Below, one piece after another: positions 1-10,141 of a stretch of 64,000 bases of DNA. Positions within the stretch are counted from its first letter, which is position 1, and each line of letters begins with the position of its first letter. Under the pieces are notes generated by a model that did no database searches, was not told where the DNA came from, and was given only the letters and a program-made list of their open reading frames with translations. A program made the position numbers and the translations under genes. The stretch covers positions 160,001 through 224,000 of the forward strand of contig JAXGPF010000007.1 in the NCBI GenBank assembly GCA_040767085.1, given 5' to 3'. This DNA comes from Kiritimatiellia bacterium. Lineage in GTDB: Bacteria > Verrucomicrobiota > Kiritimatiellia > JAAZAB01.

Positions 1-68
1 CAGCCGCCCTGATCGAGCATATCCACGGCCTGCCCGACCGTCAGAGTATTGAATTGCGGCATGGGCAT
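1..68 (-). CDS. gatA: Asp/Glu-tRNA amidotransferase subunit A, 5' end (runs off window)
   Basis: Minus strand reads MPMPQFNTLTVGQAVDMLDQGG..., starting 2 nt after the gatC stop; call rests mostly on conserved gatC-gatA order. Confidence 0.65.
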   Translation of the reverse strand, partial: MPMPQFNTLTVGQAVDMLDQGG

Positions 69-70
69 CC

Positions 71-379
71 TCAAACGATTTTCGGCACTATGAATTGTTC
101 GCCGTCATGGCGGGGAGCATTGGCCAGCACTTTTTCCCGCGGCAGTCCCGGGCGCGGCTCATCCAGCCGCAGCACGTTGCACCGGGGCATCGTCTGCGCC
201 ATCGGCTCGACTTGGTCCACATTCAGTTCCGCCAGTTCGCGCATGTAGCCCACCACCCGGCCCAACTGCTGCTGGAACAGGCTGGTTTCCGCGGGCGTCA
301 ACGCCAGGCGCGCCAGGCGCGCCACATACGGCACATCAATTGCATCCTGCCCTGCCGGGGCACTTCGGTCGGTTTGCAT
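71..379 (-). CDS. gatC: Asp/Glu-tRNA amidotransferase subunit C
   Basis: IDVPYVARLARLAL...NVLRLDE...LANAP...FIVPKIV is the GatC signature. Confidence 0.95.
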   Translation of the reverse strand: MQTDRSAPAGQDAIDVPYVARLARLALTPAETSLFQQQLGRVVGYMRELAELNVDQVEPMAQTMPRCNVLRLDEPRPGLPREKVLANAPRHDGEQFIVPKIV

Positions 380-449
380 GCTTGATTTAATAGCGTATCC
401 GGGATGGTTTGTCAATTGTCGCCTGCGCAAAAGCTGGGGGCCGTCACGA

Positions 450-561
450 CTGCGTCATTCTCGGCGGCTCGCCCGGAGGTCTCGCCCTACCCACGACAAA
501 TGCTTGTGAAACGGTAGGGCGAGGTCTCCGTACCGAGCCGTCTGTTCTGAGAATGACGCAG
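450..561. repeat. REPIN-like nested inverted repeat (GTAG-type REP pair)
   Basis: CTGCGTCATTCTC (450-462)/GAGAATGACGCAG (549-561); CGGCTCG/CGAGCCG; CTCGCCCTACC (481-491)/GGTAGGGCGAG (513-523). Confidence 0.75.
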
Positions 562-802
562 CCCTCTGTAGGGACCGGCAGTTTTTCACCGGCAATATGA
601 CTTTCGACTCTCCGATAAACACGGCGTTAAGTGCCCGGCGCATTTCCGCCTGCTCCGCCCAGGGCCTCCGGGGATTGGTATGCACTGCGAAAAAGCCGTG
701 TCGGGGCAGTTGGGCCGCACGTCCAGCACGACCGTCTCCGAACCGTCGCAGGTAAGATCCTGGGCGCAGGGGTGACGGATGCAAATCGCCGCATCCGCCG
801 GA

Positions 803-1504
803 TCAACCCAGCGCGCGGATTTCCCCGGGCGTCAATTCCCGCCAGCGCCCCGGATGCAAGCCCAGCAAAGTCAAGCCGCCGATCCCGGTGCGGACCAGCC
901 GATGCACCCGCAATCCCGCCCGTTCGCACAGGCGGCGCACCTGGCGGTTGCGCCCTTCGGCCAACCGGAATTCCAGCATAATCCGTCCCGCCACGGCGCC
1001 GGCGCGCAATACTGCCACGGCCGCCGGCCGCGTGGTATAGCCATCCTCCATGGTCAATGGCTCCCGCAAGCTTTGCAGGACGCGGGGATTGACAGGGCCG
1101 CTGACGGCCACCTGGTAGGTTTTAACGCAGCCGTAACGGGGATGCATCAACCGCTGCAGCAACGCGCCGTCATTGGCGAGCAAAACCAATCCTTCACTGT
1201 CCTTGTCCAGACGCCCGGCCATCCGCAAGGCGCGGTCGGCGGCCGGCAACAGGTCGTAAACCGTACGGCCGGCGGCGGCCGTGCACTGGTATCCCCGGGG
1301 CTTATAAAGCAGCACCGCGCGGCCAGGCGGAGCGGCGGGGGCGACCGGCCGGCCGTCCAGCAGCACGCGGTCGGACGCCGGCGTCACCGATTCGCCGAGC
1401 ATTGCCGGACGGCCGTTGACCTGCACCCGGCCGGCGCGAATCAACTCTTCGCAGGCGCGGCGCGAGCCTGCGCCGCGCGCGGCCAGAAATTTCTGCAGCC
1501 GCAT
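803..1504 (-). CDS. RsuA/RluB-family rRNA pseudouridine synthase with S4 domain
   Basis: MRLQKFLA..G.GSRRACEELI..GRV (S4), YKPRG, GRLDKDSEGL catalytic motif, EGRNRQVRRL. Confidence 0.93.
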   Translation of the reverse strand: MRLQKFLAARGAGSRRACEELIRAGRVQVNGRPAMLGESVTPASDRVLLDGRPVAPAAPPGRAVLLYKPRGYQCTAAAGRTVYDLLPAADRALRMAGRLDKDSEGLVLLANDGALLQRLMHPRYGCVKTYQVAVSGPVNPRVLQSLREPLTMEDGYTTRPAAVAVLRAGAVAGRIMLEFRLAEGRNRQVRRLCERAGLRVHRLVRTGIGGLTLLGLHPGRWRELTPGEIRALG

Positions 1505-1542
1505 GGGGCCGTCGGGAACATGAGAGGGAAAGGGTACGCCCT

Positions 1543-2319
1543 TCATAAAAACGATGTCAGGGGACTGGATGGTTCCGGAGTATCGCCGGCGGACATCAGG
1601 CCCGCCCGGCGGGCCTGGCGGCCGGCGCGCACCGCCTGCGCAAAAGCCGCAGCCATGGCCGGGGGATCGTCCGCCGCGGCGATGGCGCTGTTGACCAGCA
1701 CGGCGTCGCAACCCATTTCCATGGCCGCCGCCGCCTCGGACGGGGCGCGCAAACCGGCATCCACGATGACCGGCACACGGCTGTACCGCAGGATGACTTC
1801 CAGCATGCCGCGCGTCGCCAAGCCCTGCCCCGTGCCGATGCCGGCGCCGAGCGGCATGACGGAAACACAACCAACCTCCTCCAGGCGCTTGGCCAGCACC
1901 GGATCGGCCGGAATATAAGGCATGACCATAAATCCATCCCGCGCCAGACGCCGGGCAGCCTCGTAAGTTTCCAGGGGATCGGGCATTAAATGCTGGGGAT
2001 TGGGGTGGATTTCGAGCTTGATCAAGGCGCTGCCGCTGATCTCCCGCGCCAGGTGGGCGGCCCGGACGGCCTCCTCGGCGTTGCAGGCGCCGGAAGTGTT
2101 GGGCATGAGCACCAGGCCCGGCTGAGCCGCCAACGGCGCCAGCAAGTCCTCTTCCGGGCGTGCGCGATTGAAACGGCGGAGCGCGACCGTCACGATCTGC
2201 GCCCCGGCGGCCTGGACCGACGCCACCATCACCGCCGGGTTGGAAAACTTGCCGGTGCCCATCAGCAGGCGCGTAGAAAATCGGTAATCGCCGATTTGAA
2301 GAAAGTCATTCTCGGACAT
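1543..2319 (-). CDS. thiG: Thiazole synthase
   Basis: [54 protein letters not shown]. Confidence 0.96.
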   Translation of the reverse strand: MSENDFLQIGDYRFSTRLLMGTGKFSNPAVMVASVQAAGAQIVTVALRRFNRARPEEDLLAPLAAQPGLVLMPNTSGACNAEEAVRAAHLAREISGSALIKLEIHPNPQHLMPDPLETYEAARRLARDGFMVMPYIPADPVLAKRLEEVGCVSVMPLGAGIGTGQGLATRGMLEVILRYSRVPVIVDAGLRAPSEAAAAMEMGCDAVLVNSAIAAADDPPAMAAAFAQAVRAGRQARRAGLMSAGDTPEPSSPLTSFL

Positions 2320-2335
2320 GTGCAAATTCAAGGAC

Positions 2336-2821
2336 TCAACCGACAACCTGTGTCTCGCCGGCTTTATCTTCCTCCATGCTGGCCAAAGTCTCCTCAACCT
2401 GTTCCAGAGCGGTCCGGATCTCGGTCAACTGGCGCCTGATCGCCTGCAGGCCGGGCGCGGTTTTGGCGTGCAGGCGTTCCAGGTGCGCGCGCCGCGCATG
2501 CAATTCCTGGGTTTCCAGCACCAGGTTGCGCACTTTTTCCTGCAACTCCGGCGGCAAGTCGTCCAGGTCTAAAACATCCGGCGCCGACTCCTCGGCCACC
2601 CCGGTCAAGTCCGCGGTGATGCTCTTGTCAATTTCCGCCAAATCCACGTCCTCGGGAATCGGCACCTGCAACTCGGCGTTGCAATCCGGGCAGCGGATGG
2701 TCAAACCGGCGCCGCGGCGGTCAATGACCAGGCTTTTGCCGCAGTTGCCGCATTCGAACAGGATGTCATCGGCCTTGATTTCGCCTGCTCCCGCCACGTT
2801 CGCAATGATATCGTCCGGCAT
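2336..2821 (-). CDS. Zinc-ribbon plus coiled-coil hypothetical protein
   Basis: [10 protein letters not shown]...[13 protein letters not shown], heptad-rich C-terminus, GGAGG RBS upstream. Confidence 0.8.
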   Translation of the reverse strand: MPDDIIANVAGAGEIKADDILFECGNCGKSLVIDRRGAGLTIRCPDCNAELQVPIPEDVDLAEIDKSITADLTGVAEESAPDVLDLDDLPPELQEKVRNLVLETQELHARRAHLERLHAKTAPGLQAIRRQLTEIRTALEQVEETLASMEEDKAGETQVVG

Positions 2822-2946
2822 ATGCGCCTCCGCCGATTTTTTGTTTAACTGAAAGAACTGAAAGTGTTTTAACTATCTGCATTTTATCCGCGGTATCCGC
2901 TAAAGCAAGTATTTTGTTCGCGGAGTAGCCGTGCTGCAATTTTTGA

Positions 2947-2974
2947 TTGACCCGCGCGCGGTATTGGGTAGAAT
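2947..2974 (+). promoter_or_regulatory. Sigma70-like promoter of tRNA-Cys
   Basis: TTGACC-16 nt-TAGAAT about 30 nt upstream of the tRNA. Confidence 0.65.
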
Positions 2975-3003
2975 AATGCGCCGTAAGCCGGCTTTCGGCA
3001 AAG

Positions 3004-3077
3004 GGCGCGATAGCCAAGTGGTTAGGCACGGGTCTGCAAAACCTGTTACGCCGGTTCAATTCCGGCTCGCGCCTCCA
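3004..3077 (+). tRNA. tRNA-Cys (GCA)
   Basis: GGCGCGA/TCGCGCC acceptor stem, CT-GCA-AA anticodon loop, GGTTCAATTCC T-arm, encoded CCA. Confidence 0.97.
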
Positions 3078-3106
3078 TCCCAGATACCCATGCCGGCCAA
3101 TTACGG

Positions 3107-4546
3107 TCATGGCGTCGCAGCCGGCGCCCCCGACTTGATCTGCGCCGGCTTGTAAGTCCAACTCTGGCGGCGGCAGGCGCCGCATACCGCGCGGCCGGTA
3201 AATCCTTCCGGATAGGAACGCCTGGTAAAGGTTTCTTCGGCGAAATAGGGATGGGCGGCCATGCGCGGCAACAGCGGCGCGGCGGCTTCCGCGCGGCCGG
3301 GCCAATCCGCCCCTGCCCGGCCTTGCCGCGCCGCTTCTATCCAGGCGGCGCCCGCCTGGATGAAACCGCCGGGCGGCAGCGCCGCGCCGGCCAGGTCCAC
3401 CGACGCCGGCAGGCGCCGGTAATAATCCAGTTCGCGGTTGACGCGCCGCGCCGCCTCCAGGAGCCGGGCGGCGGAAAATGCGGCCGGCCCGGCCGGCGCC
3501 GGGTCTTCCACCGGCCCCAGCAAATCGCGCCAGGGCGCCTCCTCCGGCAGGATTTGGCGGGCCACGTAATAATCCATCACATACGCCAGCAAGCCGAAGA
3601 TTTCCGCGGGCGAATAATAGACGCCGCCGGCCGGATGATATGTCAAATCGCCGGCAGCGGCGGATGCCAGCGCGGCAACGTCTTGTAAACCGACGAATCT
3701 GGGAGGCCTCCGCCGGTATTGTTCCATCATGTCGGAAGTGCGCAAAAATTCCACCGCCGGCTTGGCCAGCGCGTAATCCAGGAATTGCTCGAAATCGGCG
3801 AATAATTTTTCGGTAATCCCGCGGTCATACATGCCGGCCAGGGGGATTTGCCAGGGAGCATGGATATCGCAGCGCCGGTAAAGCTGATTGGCGGAGGTCC
3901 ACGTTTCGATACTGTTGTTGTACAGGAACTTATACGGATGGTTAAACAGCTTGACCACCCCGCCGCAAGCGCCGGCGGCGGCCTGGGCGTAGAGCGGCTC
4001 GAACACTTCCTGAAAAGCCTGCAGGCGGCCCGGCGCCCAGGGCTTTTCCAAGTCCATGTACGGGGCGCTGAAACACAGCGAGCCGCAGTACCACGAGAAA
4101 GGAGCATTCTCGCTTGACGGCACACCGGAAAACCCGAGCAGATCGATCCCCAATCCCTTGATGGCGTAAATGAGTTGCGGCACCTTGACGAATTCCAGGA
4201 CGTAATACGCCGGCTTCCGGTCGAAAATATCGGCGAGGTCCATGATTCCCCGCGCCTCGGTGGCCATCAGCGCGGCCACGGCATCGTCCCAGGCACGTTC
4301 CTCGCAGATGCCGGCGAGGAAAGGCATCGCGCCATGGGTATTGCCGTGATAACCGATTTCATGGTCGCGCAGGGCGTTGATCACGTCCACCCGCCGGCGT
4401 TCGCGCAGTTTCCGGGCGTAGTCGCCGGTCAGGTGGAAACTGCCGGCGATCCCGCGCCGGCGCAGGATGGAGGCCAGCCGCAAAATGACGTCGTCATGTT
4501 CCGGCGTAACGAATTCCTCGGTGGCAAATGATATGATAATTTTCAT
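3107..4546 (-). CDS. Polysaccharide deacetylase-like (NodB/CE4-superfamily) protein
   Basis: [31 protein letters not shown]; overlaps the upstream gene stop. Confidence 0.7.
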   Translation of the reverse strand: MKIIISFATEEFVTPEHDDVILRLASILRRRGIAGSFHLTGDYARKLRERRRVDVINALRDHEIGYHGNTHGAMPFLAGICEERAWDDAVAALMATEARGIMDLADIFDRKPAYYVLEFVKVPQLIYAIKGLGIDLLGFSGVPSSENAPFSWYCGSLCFSAPYMDLEKPWAPGRLQAFQEVFEPLYAQAAAGACGGVVKLFNHPYKFLYNNSIETWTSANQLYRRCDIHAPWQIPLAGMYDRGITEKLFADFEQFLDYALAKPAVEFLRTSDMMEQYRRRPPRFVGLQDVAALASAAAGDLTYHPAGGVYYSPAEIFGLLAYVMDYYVARQILPEEAPWRDLLGPVEDPAPAGPAAFSAARLLEAARRVNRELDYYRRLPASVDLAGAALPPGGFIQAGAAWIEAARQGRAGADWPGRAEAAAPLLPRMAAHPYFAEETFTRRSYPEGFTGRAVCGACRRQSWTYKPAQIKSGAPAATP

Positions 4547-7500
4547 TCCTGGCAGGGCTCCAGAGTTATGGTTTGGTTATTTCCATTGCGGCCGTCGAAC
4601 GCGCCGTCGAAATGGAAGATCGCGCGGGTATTGCCGTCCACGGCGAACGGCGCATCCGGCGGAGTGAAATCTTCCGTGTAACGCAGGCCGTCCGATATCC
4701 GCAATTCGTCAATCACACCCTTGGCGGCGCCGCGCAATTTAATGCGGTCAGCGACCCCAGCAAGGTCGTAATCCAGGGCAAACTCCTGGCCCAGGTGCAG
4801 ATAAATCGGCCATCCCTGGTTCAACTGCACACGCTGGTGTTGTTTGCCGTTGACATAGACCCAGAAGGTTTCGGAGGAGGCCCCGCGCCGGTAATCGTCG
4901 CGTTTGTATTTTGCCGCCAGATTTTCCGGCGACGTGATGGACACATCCCAGGCCAGGGCGATGTGAAGCCATTGATGCCGGCGGGGATAAATCCGCGCCT
5001 GGTTGCCGAAATGCTTGTAGCGGCCGGGGCTTTTCTCGAATTTCACGGTTTTGCCGCAGTAGAATACCAGGGCATTCTGGGGGTAATCCTCGTAAGGCGC
5101 CTGGCCGTACATGTAAACCGCACTTAAATCACCGGCCTCCAGGATCGCATGGCTGTAACGCCGGTTGGCGGGCACAACTAATTCCAGGGCATCCCAATCC
5201 GGCCGGTAAAAGAACTCGATGGTGCCGGCGCGCCCGGGGAAATTCTCGTAACCCCCTGCCAGGCTGCCGGCGCCGCGCAGAAAGGCGTAGTCCATGCGTC
5301 CGGCCAGTGCCAATCCCTGTCCGAACCGGCCCGGCGCGAAGGGCGGTTCTGCCGCCGTATTAACCGCCGGAATTGCAGCCGGCACGGCGGAGGCCGGCAT
5401 GGATTTTGACGGCACAAACAAAGCCGCCGGGGCGAGATAGGTTACATACGGCGGGAGATTGATGAACTTGACCAGCGCGGGGAAGTCGGACTCGATTTTC
5501 CAGGGCCCGGGGTGGCGGCCGGCGGCGGGCAAAGTTAATTCGCCGCAGGATTTTCCGGTTTGGTCCGCCACCGGTTGACCGCCGGCGTCGGTAATCCGCA
5601 CCGGGCTGCCGGCGAAAAGTTTGACCTCCGCCAGGGACGCATCCACCGCAAAATAAAACGCGCCCGGCGCTTCCAGGCCGGCCTTGCCGAGCCAGAAACC
5701 GTCCGGGCATTCCAGCACGACCTGCGCGGCATCGGTGTGGCTGATGGCAAATCCGGCCGGGCCGGCAGGATTGTCCAGTCCCAGGCGGTAATCCCCGGCC
5801 GGCAATCCGGCTGGCAGCTCGATCCGGGCGTAAAATGTTTTCAAGCCATAGGCGAATGGATCGGGTATGCCCTGCTGGCTGGCCGGCATATCAAACGGCG
5901 CAGGCTGCAAATCCGGCCCCAGGACGCGCAACTTCAGTTCTTCGGACTGGGCCACATGGAACACGCCTTCGATCCGCAGCGGCCGGCCGGGCAGTTTGCG
6001 CACCACCACCCAGGCATTGGACGGGGCGTCATGATACTTACGCAGGGCGGGGAACGGCGCCGCAGCTGGCGCCGCCGTTTCCGCCAGCGCCTTTAAGATC
6101 ACCGGCGTGCTCAGGCAGGCGTGATAATTGAAATGCGTGGCATACCGGATCATTTTGTTCGCGCGGGTTTCGGGCGGCAAGGCCAGGTCTTCCGCCAGGG
6201 TGGACTGGAAATCACGCATGGCCATGCGGTTGGACAGGAAGGCGATCTTGAGGTATTTTTCGTCGCCGGTCAGCCAATAGCCGACCACATTCTCCCACCC
6301 CACCGTGCTCTGGTATTCGAACGGCGGCGACTGCTGCAGGAAACGGAATTTATACTCGATGATTTTTTCCATGCCCTGCCTGGCGCGGACATCGCCCGTC
6401 AGGCGATAATAGTCGTACAGGGCGACCAGGTTGCGCCCGGTTTTATACAGGGGCGAGGGCGACATCGCCTCGTAAATGCCGCAGGGACTGTCCAGATCGA
6501 CGAACTGATGCGCCAGCGACCGCGCCATCTCCCCCAGCACCGGATCCCAGTCCATGGAATAAAGGGCGGTAATATAGCGCAAATCCACCACGCCGCGATG
6601 CGGCGCCGGCGTCTGGAGGAAATCGTGTTTTTTCAGGGCCGCCGCATGCATCTCCGCCAGTTCCAGCGTCTCCCAGTCGCCGGAAAAATAAAAATGGTAC
6701 AGGTGATTGAACATATCCACCCCCGAACCGCCGGAGACCTTGCCGCTGCTCCAGCCCCAATAGAAGGGCAGGTCGTCAAAGGGCCGGCCTTTCAGGTCCA
6801 GGTCCCGGGAAATCACGGCCGAGGCGAATCCGCCCTTGACCTTGCGGGTAACGGCCTTGAATTCCGGCCATTGGGAAGATTCCGACAAACCGGCCTGCCC
6901 GGCCGTATCCCAGTGGTGCATGACCATATCGCCGGCAAACCGGTTGAACCGCTCGCCGTATTCGAAATACTTGCGTTCGCCGCTGCGCGCGTAGAGACTC
7001 CAGACATTGCGCCGCAGGTGGTAATCAATCAATCCGTTGCACCGGAACCAGCCCGGGCCCGTGACATTCGGGCAGCGGCCGCAGGCGATATAACCGGTTT
7101 GGGGAAAAACGACCTCGCCGTAGATGATGCGGTCGAAAAAGTCGGAGATATAGGCTTCTTCGCGCGGGAAACGCCGGACATCTTTGGGCAGCATCGGCGC
7201 GCCCAGGACGCCGGCGCGGCAAGTCCATTGCGGATCGGGCAAGGCCAGCACGCGCCGCGCAGCAGCAGCCGCATACTTGGCGCGGGCCGCGGTCGGAGTT
7301 CCGCCTTCAAACGTCAACAGCCACAGGGTATGGGTTTTGGCGGAGGCCGCGGCATCGCTGTAGATTTCCGCAAGCTGCTCCGGGGTAATCGCCGCATTTT
7401 TGCACCACTCGCCCCAGTATTCCCGCACCAGGGTGGCGGCGCGGAAATCCAGTTCGCGCCCGGAGCGGCCGGCCCAGAGATGCGCGGTGATGCCGTCCGG

Positions 7501-8574
7501 GGTGACGGTAAACTCCTTGGGGAACTGGCGCGCAAAATCGCGCAGGGTCACGCGCAAGCCGCCGGCGTCTCCGTCCAGGCCGCACCAATCGCCGCAGGCC
7601 GCGCCGCTGGCAAGTTCGCGTTCAGCGCCGCCGGCTCGCAGCGTCAGCGCGAAATGCGAGTTCGTGGCCAGGAAATGGGGATAATCGTCCTGGAGCATCC
7701 AGGCTGCGTTCCCCGGCTGCAAAGGCGCTTCCGCCGGCGGAGCGGCGCCATCCGCGGCCGTCTCGAACACCGCCTGGCGGCCCTGGAAACCGGCGGGGAA
7801 TTCCAGGCCGATGTCCTTGAACCAGATGCGGTTGGTGTTTTCAGTCAGCACCAGGCGGTGCACCAGTTTGACGAATGGTGAGCCCCCGAAAAAGTGCAGC
7901 CAGACGATGCCGCGCGCGACGCGTTCGCCGTCTTCGGCGACGTACCAACCCTCGCGCCGCACCACCGTCCAAAGCGGATCCTGCACCTTGAACGAAGATT
8001 GCATTTCGCTTTGCGGGCCGCCCAGGCGCGCCCGCCGCCCATGCTGGTCCACCGTGTACGCGCCGCGGCCGCCCTGCTGGACCAGGGCGGCGCCGGGCGC
8101 CGATTTGAAATGCATCTCCGCAATCAACGGCTCGTCATCCAAAAGCAGGAAGCGCGCCGGACCCGTGTCAATCACCAGCCGGCCGGCGGTTTTTTCAACC
8201 GTGATGCCGGGCGGCGTTGCAGCGGCCGGGCCGCCGCCGGTCAAAAAATATTGCCCGGCCGGACTGGCATTGAAGTTCAGCAACAGCCAGCGGATACTCC
8301 GGTCGGCCAGCCAGGTCGCGGCAGGGGTGGCCTGGAATGGCACCGGCTGCCCTGCGGCGTCTTCTACGCGCAAGCCGGCGGCATCCTGAAGCATACCCTG
8401 GGGGAACGGGACGCCGCAAACCATCGGCCAATCCCGGTCCAGACCGGAAGGATTGTCAATTTGGATGGGGATTTTCCGGTCCAGGTCCGCCAGGACGCCC
8501 TGGGCCAGGCTCAACACGAGAACTTCCGCCAGCCGTCCAAGGCGGCCCGTCAAAAGATGTCGGCACGCCCGCAT
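4543..8574 (-). CDS. Large secreted protein with polysaccharide-lyase-like (PcRGLX/YetA-like) N-terminus and C-terminal ConA/LamG-like domain
   Basis: Signal peptide, GVPFPQGML...[12 protein letters not shown]-terminal pattern, C-terminal [31 protein letters not shown]. Confidence 0.7.
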   Translation of the reverse strand: MRACRHLLTGRLGRLAEVLVLSLAQGVLADLDRKIPIQIDNPSGLDRDWPMVCGVPFPQGMLQDAAGLRVEDAAGQPVPFQATPAATWLADRSIRWLLLNFNASPAGQYFLTGGGPAAATPPGITVEKTAGRLVIDTGPARFLLLDDEPLIAEMHFKSAPGAALVQQGGRGAYTVDQHGRRARLGGPQSEMQSSFKVQDPLWTVVRREGWYVAEDGERVARGIVWLHFFGGSPFVKLVHRLVLTENTNRIWFKDIGLEFPAGFQGRQAVFETAADGAAPPAEAPLQPGNAAWMLQDDYPHFLATNSHFALTLRAGGAERELASGAACGDWCGLDGDAGGLRVTLRDFARQFPKEFTVTPDGITAHLWAGRSGRELDFRAATLVREYWGEWCKNAAITPEQLAEIYSDAAASAKTHTLWLLTFEGGTPTAARAKYAAAAARRVLALPDPQWTCRAGVLGAPMLPKDVRRFPREEAYISDFFDRIIYGEVVFPQTGYIACGRCPNVTGPGWFRCNGLIDYHLRRNVWSLYARSGERKYFEYGERFNRFAGDMVMHHWDTAGQAGLSESSQWPEFKAVTRKVKGGFASAVISRDLDLKGRPFDDLPFYWGWSSGKVSGGSGVDMFNHLYHFYFSGDWETLELAEMHAAALKKHDFLQTPAPHRGVVDLRYITALYSMDWDPVLGEMARSLAHQFVDLDSPCGIYEAMSPSPLYKTGRNLVALYDYYRLTGDVRARQGMEKIIEYKFRFLQQSPPFEYQSTVGWENVVGYWLTGDEKYLKIAFLSNRMAMRDFQSTLAEDLALPPETRANKMIRYATHFNYHACLSTPVILKALAETAAPAAAPFPALRKYHDAPSNAWVVVRKLPGRPLRIEGVFHVAQSEELKLRVLGPDLQPAPFDMPASQQGIPDPFAYGLKTFYARIELPAGLPAGDYRLGLDNPAGPAGFAISHTDAAQVVLECPDGFWLGKAGLEAPGAFYFAVDASLAEVKLFAGSPVRITDAGGQPVADQTGKSCGELTLPAAGRHPGPWKIESDFPALVKFINLPPYVTYLAPAALFVPSKSMPASAVPAAIPAVNTAAEPPFAPGRFGQGLALAGRMDYAFLRGAGSLAGGYENFPGRAGTIEFFYRPDWDALELVVPANRRYSHAILEAGDLSAVYMYGQAPYEDYPQNALVFYCGKTVKFEKSPGRYKHFGNQARIYPRRHQWLHIALAWDVSITSPENLAAKYKRDDYRRGASSETFWVYVNGKQHQRVQLNQGWPIYLHLGQEFALDYDLAGVADRIKLRGAAKGVIDELRISDGLRYTEDFTPPDAPFAVDGNTRAIFHFDGAFDGRNGNNQTITLEPCQE

Positions 8575-8585
8575 CGCACAACTCC

Positions 8586-9569
8586 TTAAAAATGGTCCAT
8601 ATCCCAGAAAACATAGTTTGAGGCGCGCAGCCGGGCAAGCAGGGCGTCCGTCGTGCGCGGTTCAAGCTTGTTGGAAATCAACTTGAACAATCCGCAGTAC
8701 AAGGCGTCCTTCCGGACAAAATATTTCTGCCGGCGCATTTCATCCAGGGTCGGCGGCACGGAACGCTCGGCGATATAATCGAACAATTCCGGGAGGAAAA
8801 ACTTGAACTTGAGTTCCGGGCCGGTCCGCTCGGCGAAGATGGCGCGCGCCACTGCCGCCATGGAATCCGGCTGCCCGGGGTCCCACCCCATTTCGCAGAC
8901 TTCATCCGCGCCTTTCCAGACGAAATACCCGGACGGGCGGTCTCCGCCGCCGACAATCCGCAGCCGGTAATACCTTTTCTGGCGGATTTTCAAGGCGATC
9001 CACCGCCGCCAGTATTCCGGCGCGCGCTGGAACGGGCCGTTCAACCAGGCGCTCGTTGCCTCATGCATGCGCGCCAGCCAGTCGGCGTCGCGCACCGGGT
9101 CGCCCTCCCGCGCCGTGGGCGGCGCGCCCGCGGCGAGGGCAAAATTCGTCGCCATGCCGAACGCGCTCAAGGTCTGCCAGCCGCTCTTCCCATAAATCGC
9201 CGGCTCGCCGAACAGCAGCGAGACGTCGAAGCCGCATTCCCGCATGCGCTGGGTGGAATCCTCCAGCAATTGCCTGGCATACCCCCGGCCGCGGTATTCG
9301 GGAGCCGTGCAGACGCCGCCGATCGCGCCCACGCGCAGTGTCCGCCCGTTGAAAAACATCCGGCGGTCGTAAATGCCGATGCGCGCCGCCAGTTTACCAT
9401 CCACTTCCAGCACGCGGTTCAAGTCCAGGTCAAAATACGGATCGGACTCAACGACGGCCTTGTAAGACGCGCGCAACGTCTGCTGGCCGGCGCCTTCCTT
9501 CCAATAGGAAACCGCCAGCAGATCATACAAGGCGTCCAGTTCACCAACCCGCAAACTTCTGATTTTCAA
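8586..9569 (-). CDS. GNAT (Eis-like) N-acetyltransferase
   Basis: [18 protein letters not shown] acetyl-CoA motif, IYGKSGW; TTG start at 9569 with GAGGA RBS. Confidence 0.85.
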   Translation of the reverse strand: MKIRSLRVGELDALYDLLAVSYWKEGAGQQTLRASYKAVVESDPYFDLDLNRVLEVDGKLAARIGIYDRRMFFNGRTLRVGAIGGVCTAPEYRGRGYARQLLEDSTQRMRECGFDVSLLFGEPAIYGKSGWQTLSAFGMATNFALAAGAPPTAREGDPVRDADWLARMHEATSAWLNGPFQRAPEYWRRWIALKIRQKRYYRLRIVGGGDRPSGYFVWKGADEVCEMGWDPGQPDSMAAVARAIFAERTGPELKFKFFLPELFDYIAERSVPPTLDEMRRQKYFVRKDALYCGLFKLISNKLEPRTTDALLARLRASNYVFWDMDHF

Positions 9570-9917
9570 TGTAATTCCTCTTGGATAATGTTTGATACCG
9601 GACCAGCGGGCCGCAGCGGGTGCCGCCCACGGAGATGAATTCACCGGTCAGCACAATGTCGCGCCAGCCGGGATCGCCCGCGTAGATGACGACATTGTCC
9701 CAGGCCTCCGGCTGTTCCAGCCAGAATTTGCCGGCGGCCTTGACCCGGCGCCACGGCAGCGGCGAGACCCGGTGGTTTGGCAGGCGCGGCTTTTCCACGA
9801 GTAGCGATGCGAAGACTGCGTCCACTTGCCGCAGCGCTGATCCCGCAGGCCGCATTTGATGATTTTGCCCGCCGGCACATCCGCGCAATCGTCCTGAAAT
9901 ACGGTTTTATATTGCAT
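9541..9917 (-). pseudogene. Frameshifted, truncated N-terminus of a lectin-like (DUF1080-like) domain protein
   Basis: MQYKTVFQDD.. continues in another frame as WRRVK...WLEQ...GDPGWRDIVLTGEF....CGPLVRYQT, then runs into the GNAT RBS. Confidence 0.5.
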
Positions 9918-10141
9918 GTTGCCTGAATTTTACGCGATTTTGGCGCGGGGCAAAATCCCGGTGTTATGGTTCCCGCCAATGTCTGAAAATTATTCCATCA
10001 GGTTGCCCATGCATTGATGGGCGACGGCACCGTCGTGCGCCACTGCCAGGCTGCCGATCATCCATGCCAGCAAAAACTGAATCTCCGCATGGCGCTCCCT
10101 CCTGTAATTTCCGTAAGTTCAAGCATAACCGGCCGGCGCCG

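Noticed and set aside
600-800. Coding-looking minus-strand stretch (DPADAAICIRHPCAQDLTCDGSETVVLDVRP) after the pseudouridine synthase
   Set aside because: No start or RBS and no recognisable family; possibly a relic but unsupported
6121-7881. Long antisense ORFs (also 16521-18632, 38456-40522, 45281-46495)
   Set aside because: Shadows of high-GC3 genes on the opposite strand, with no motifs of their own
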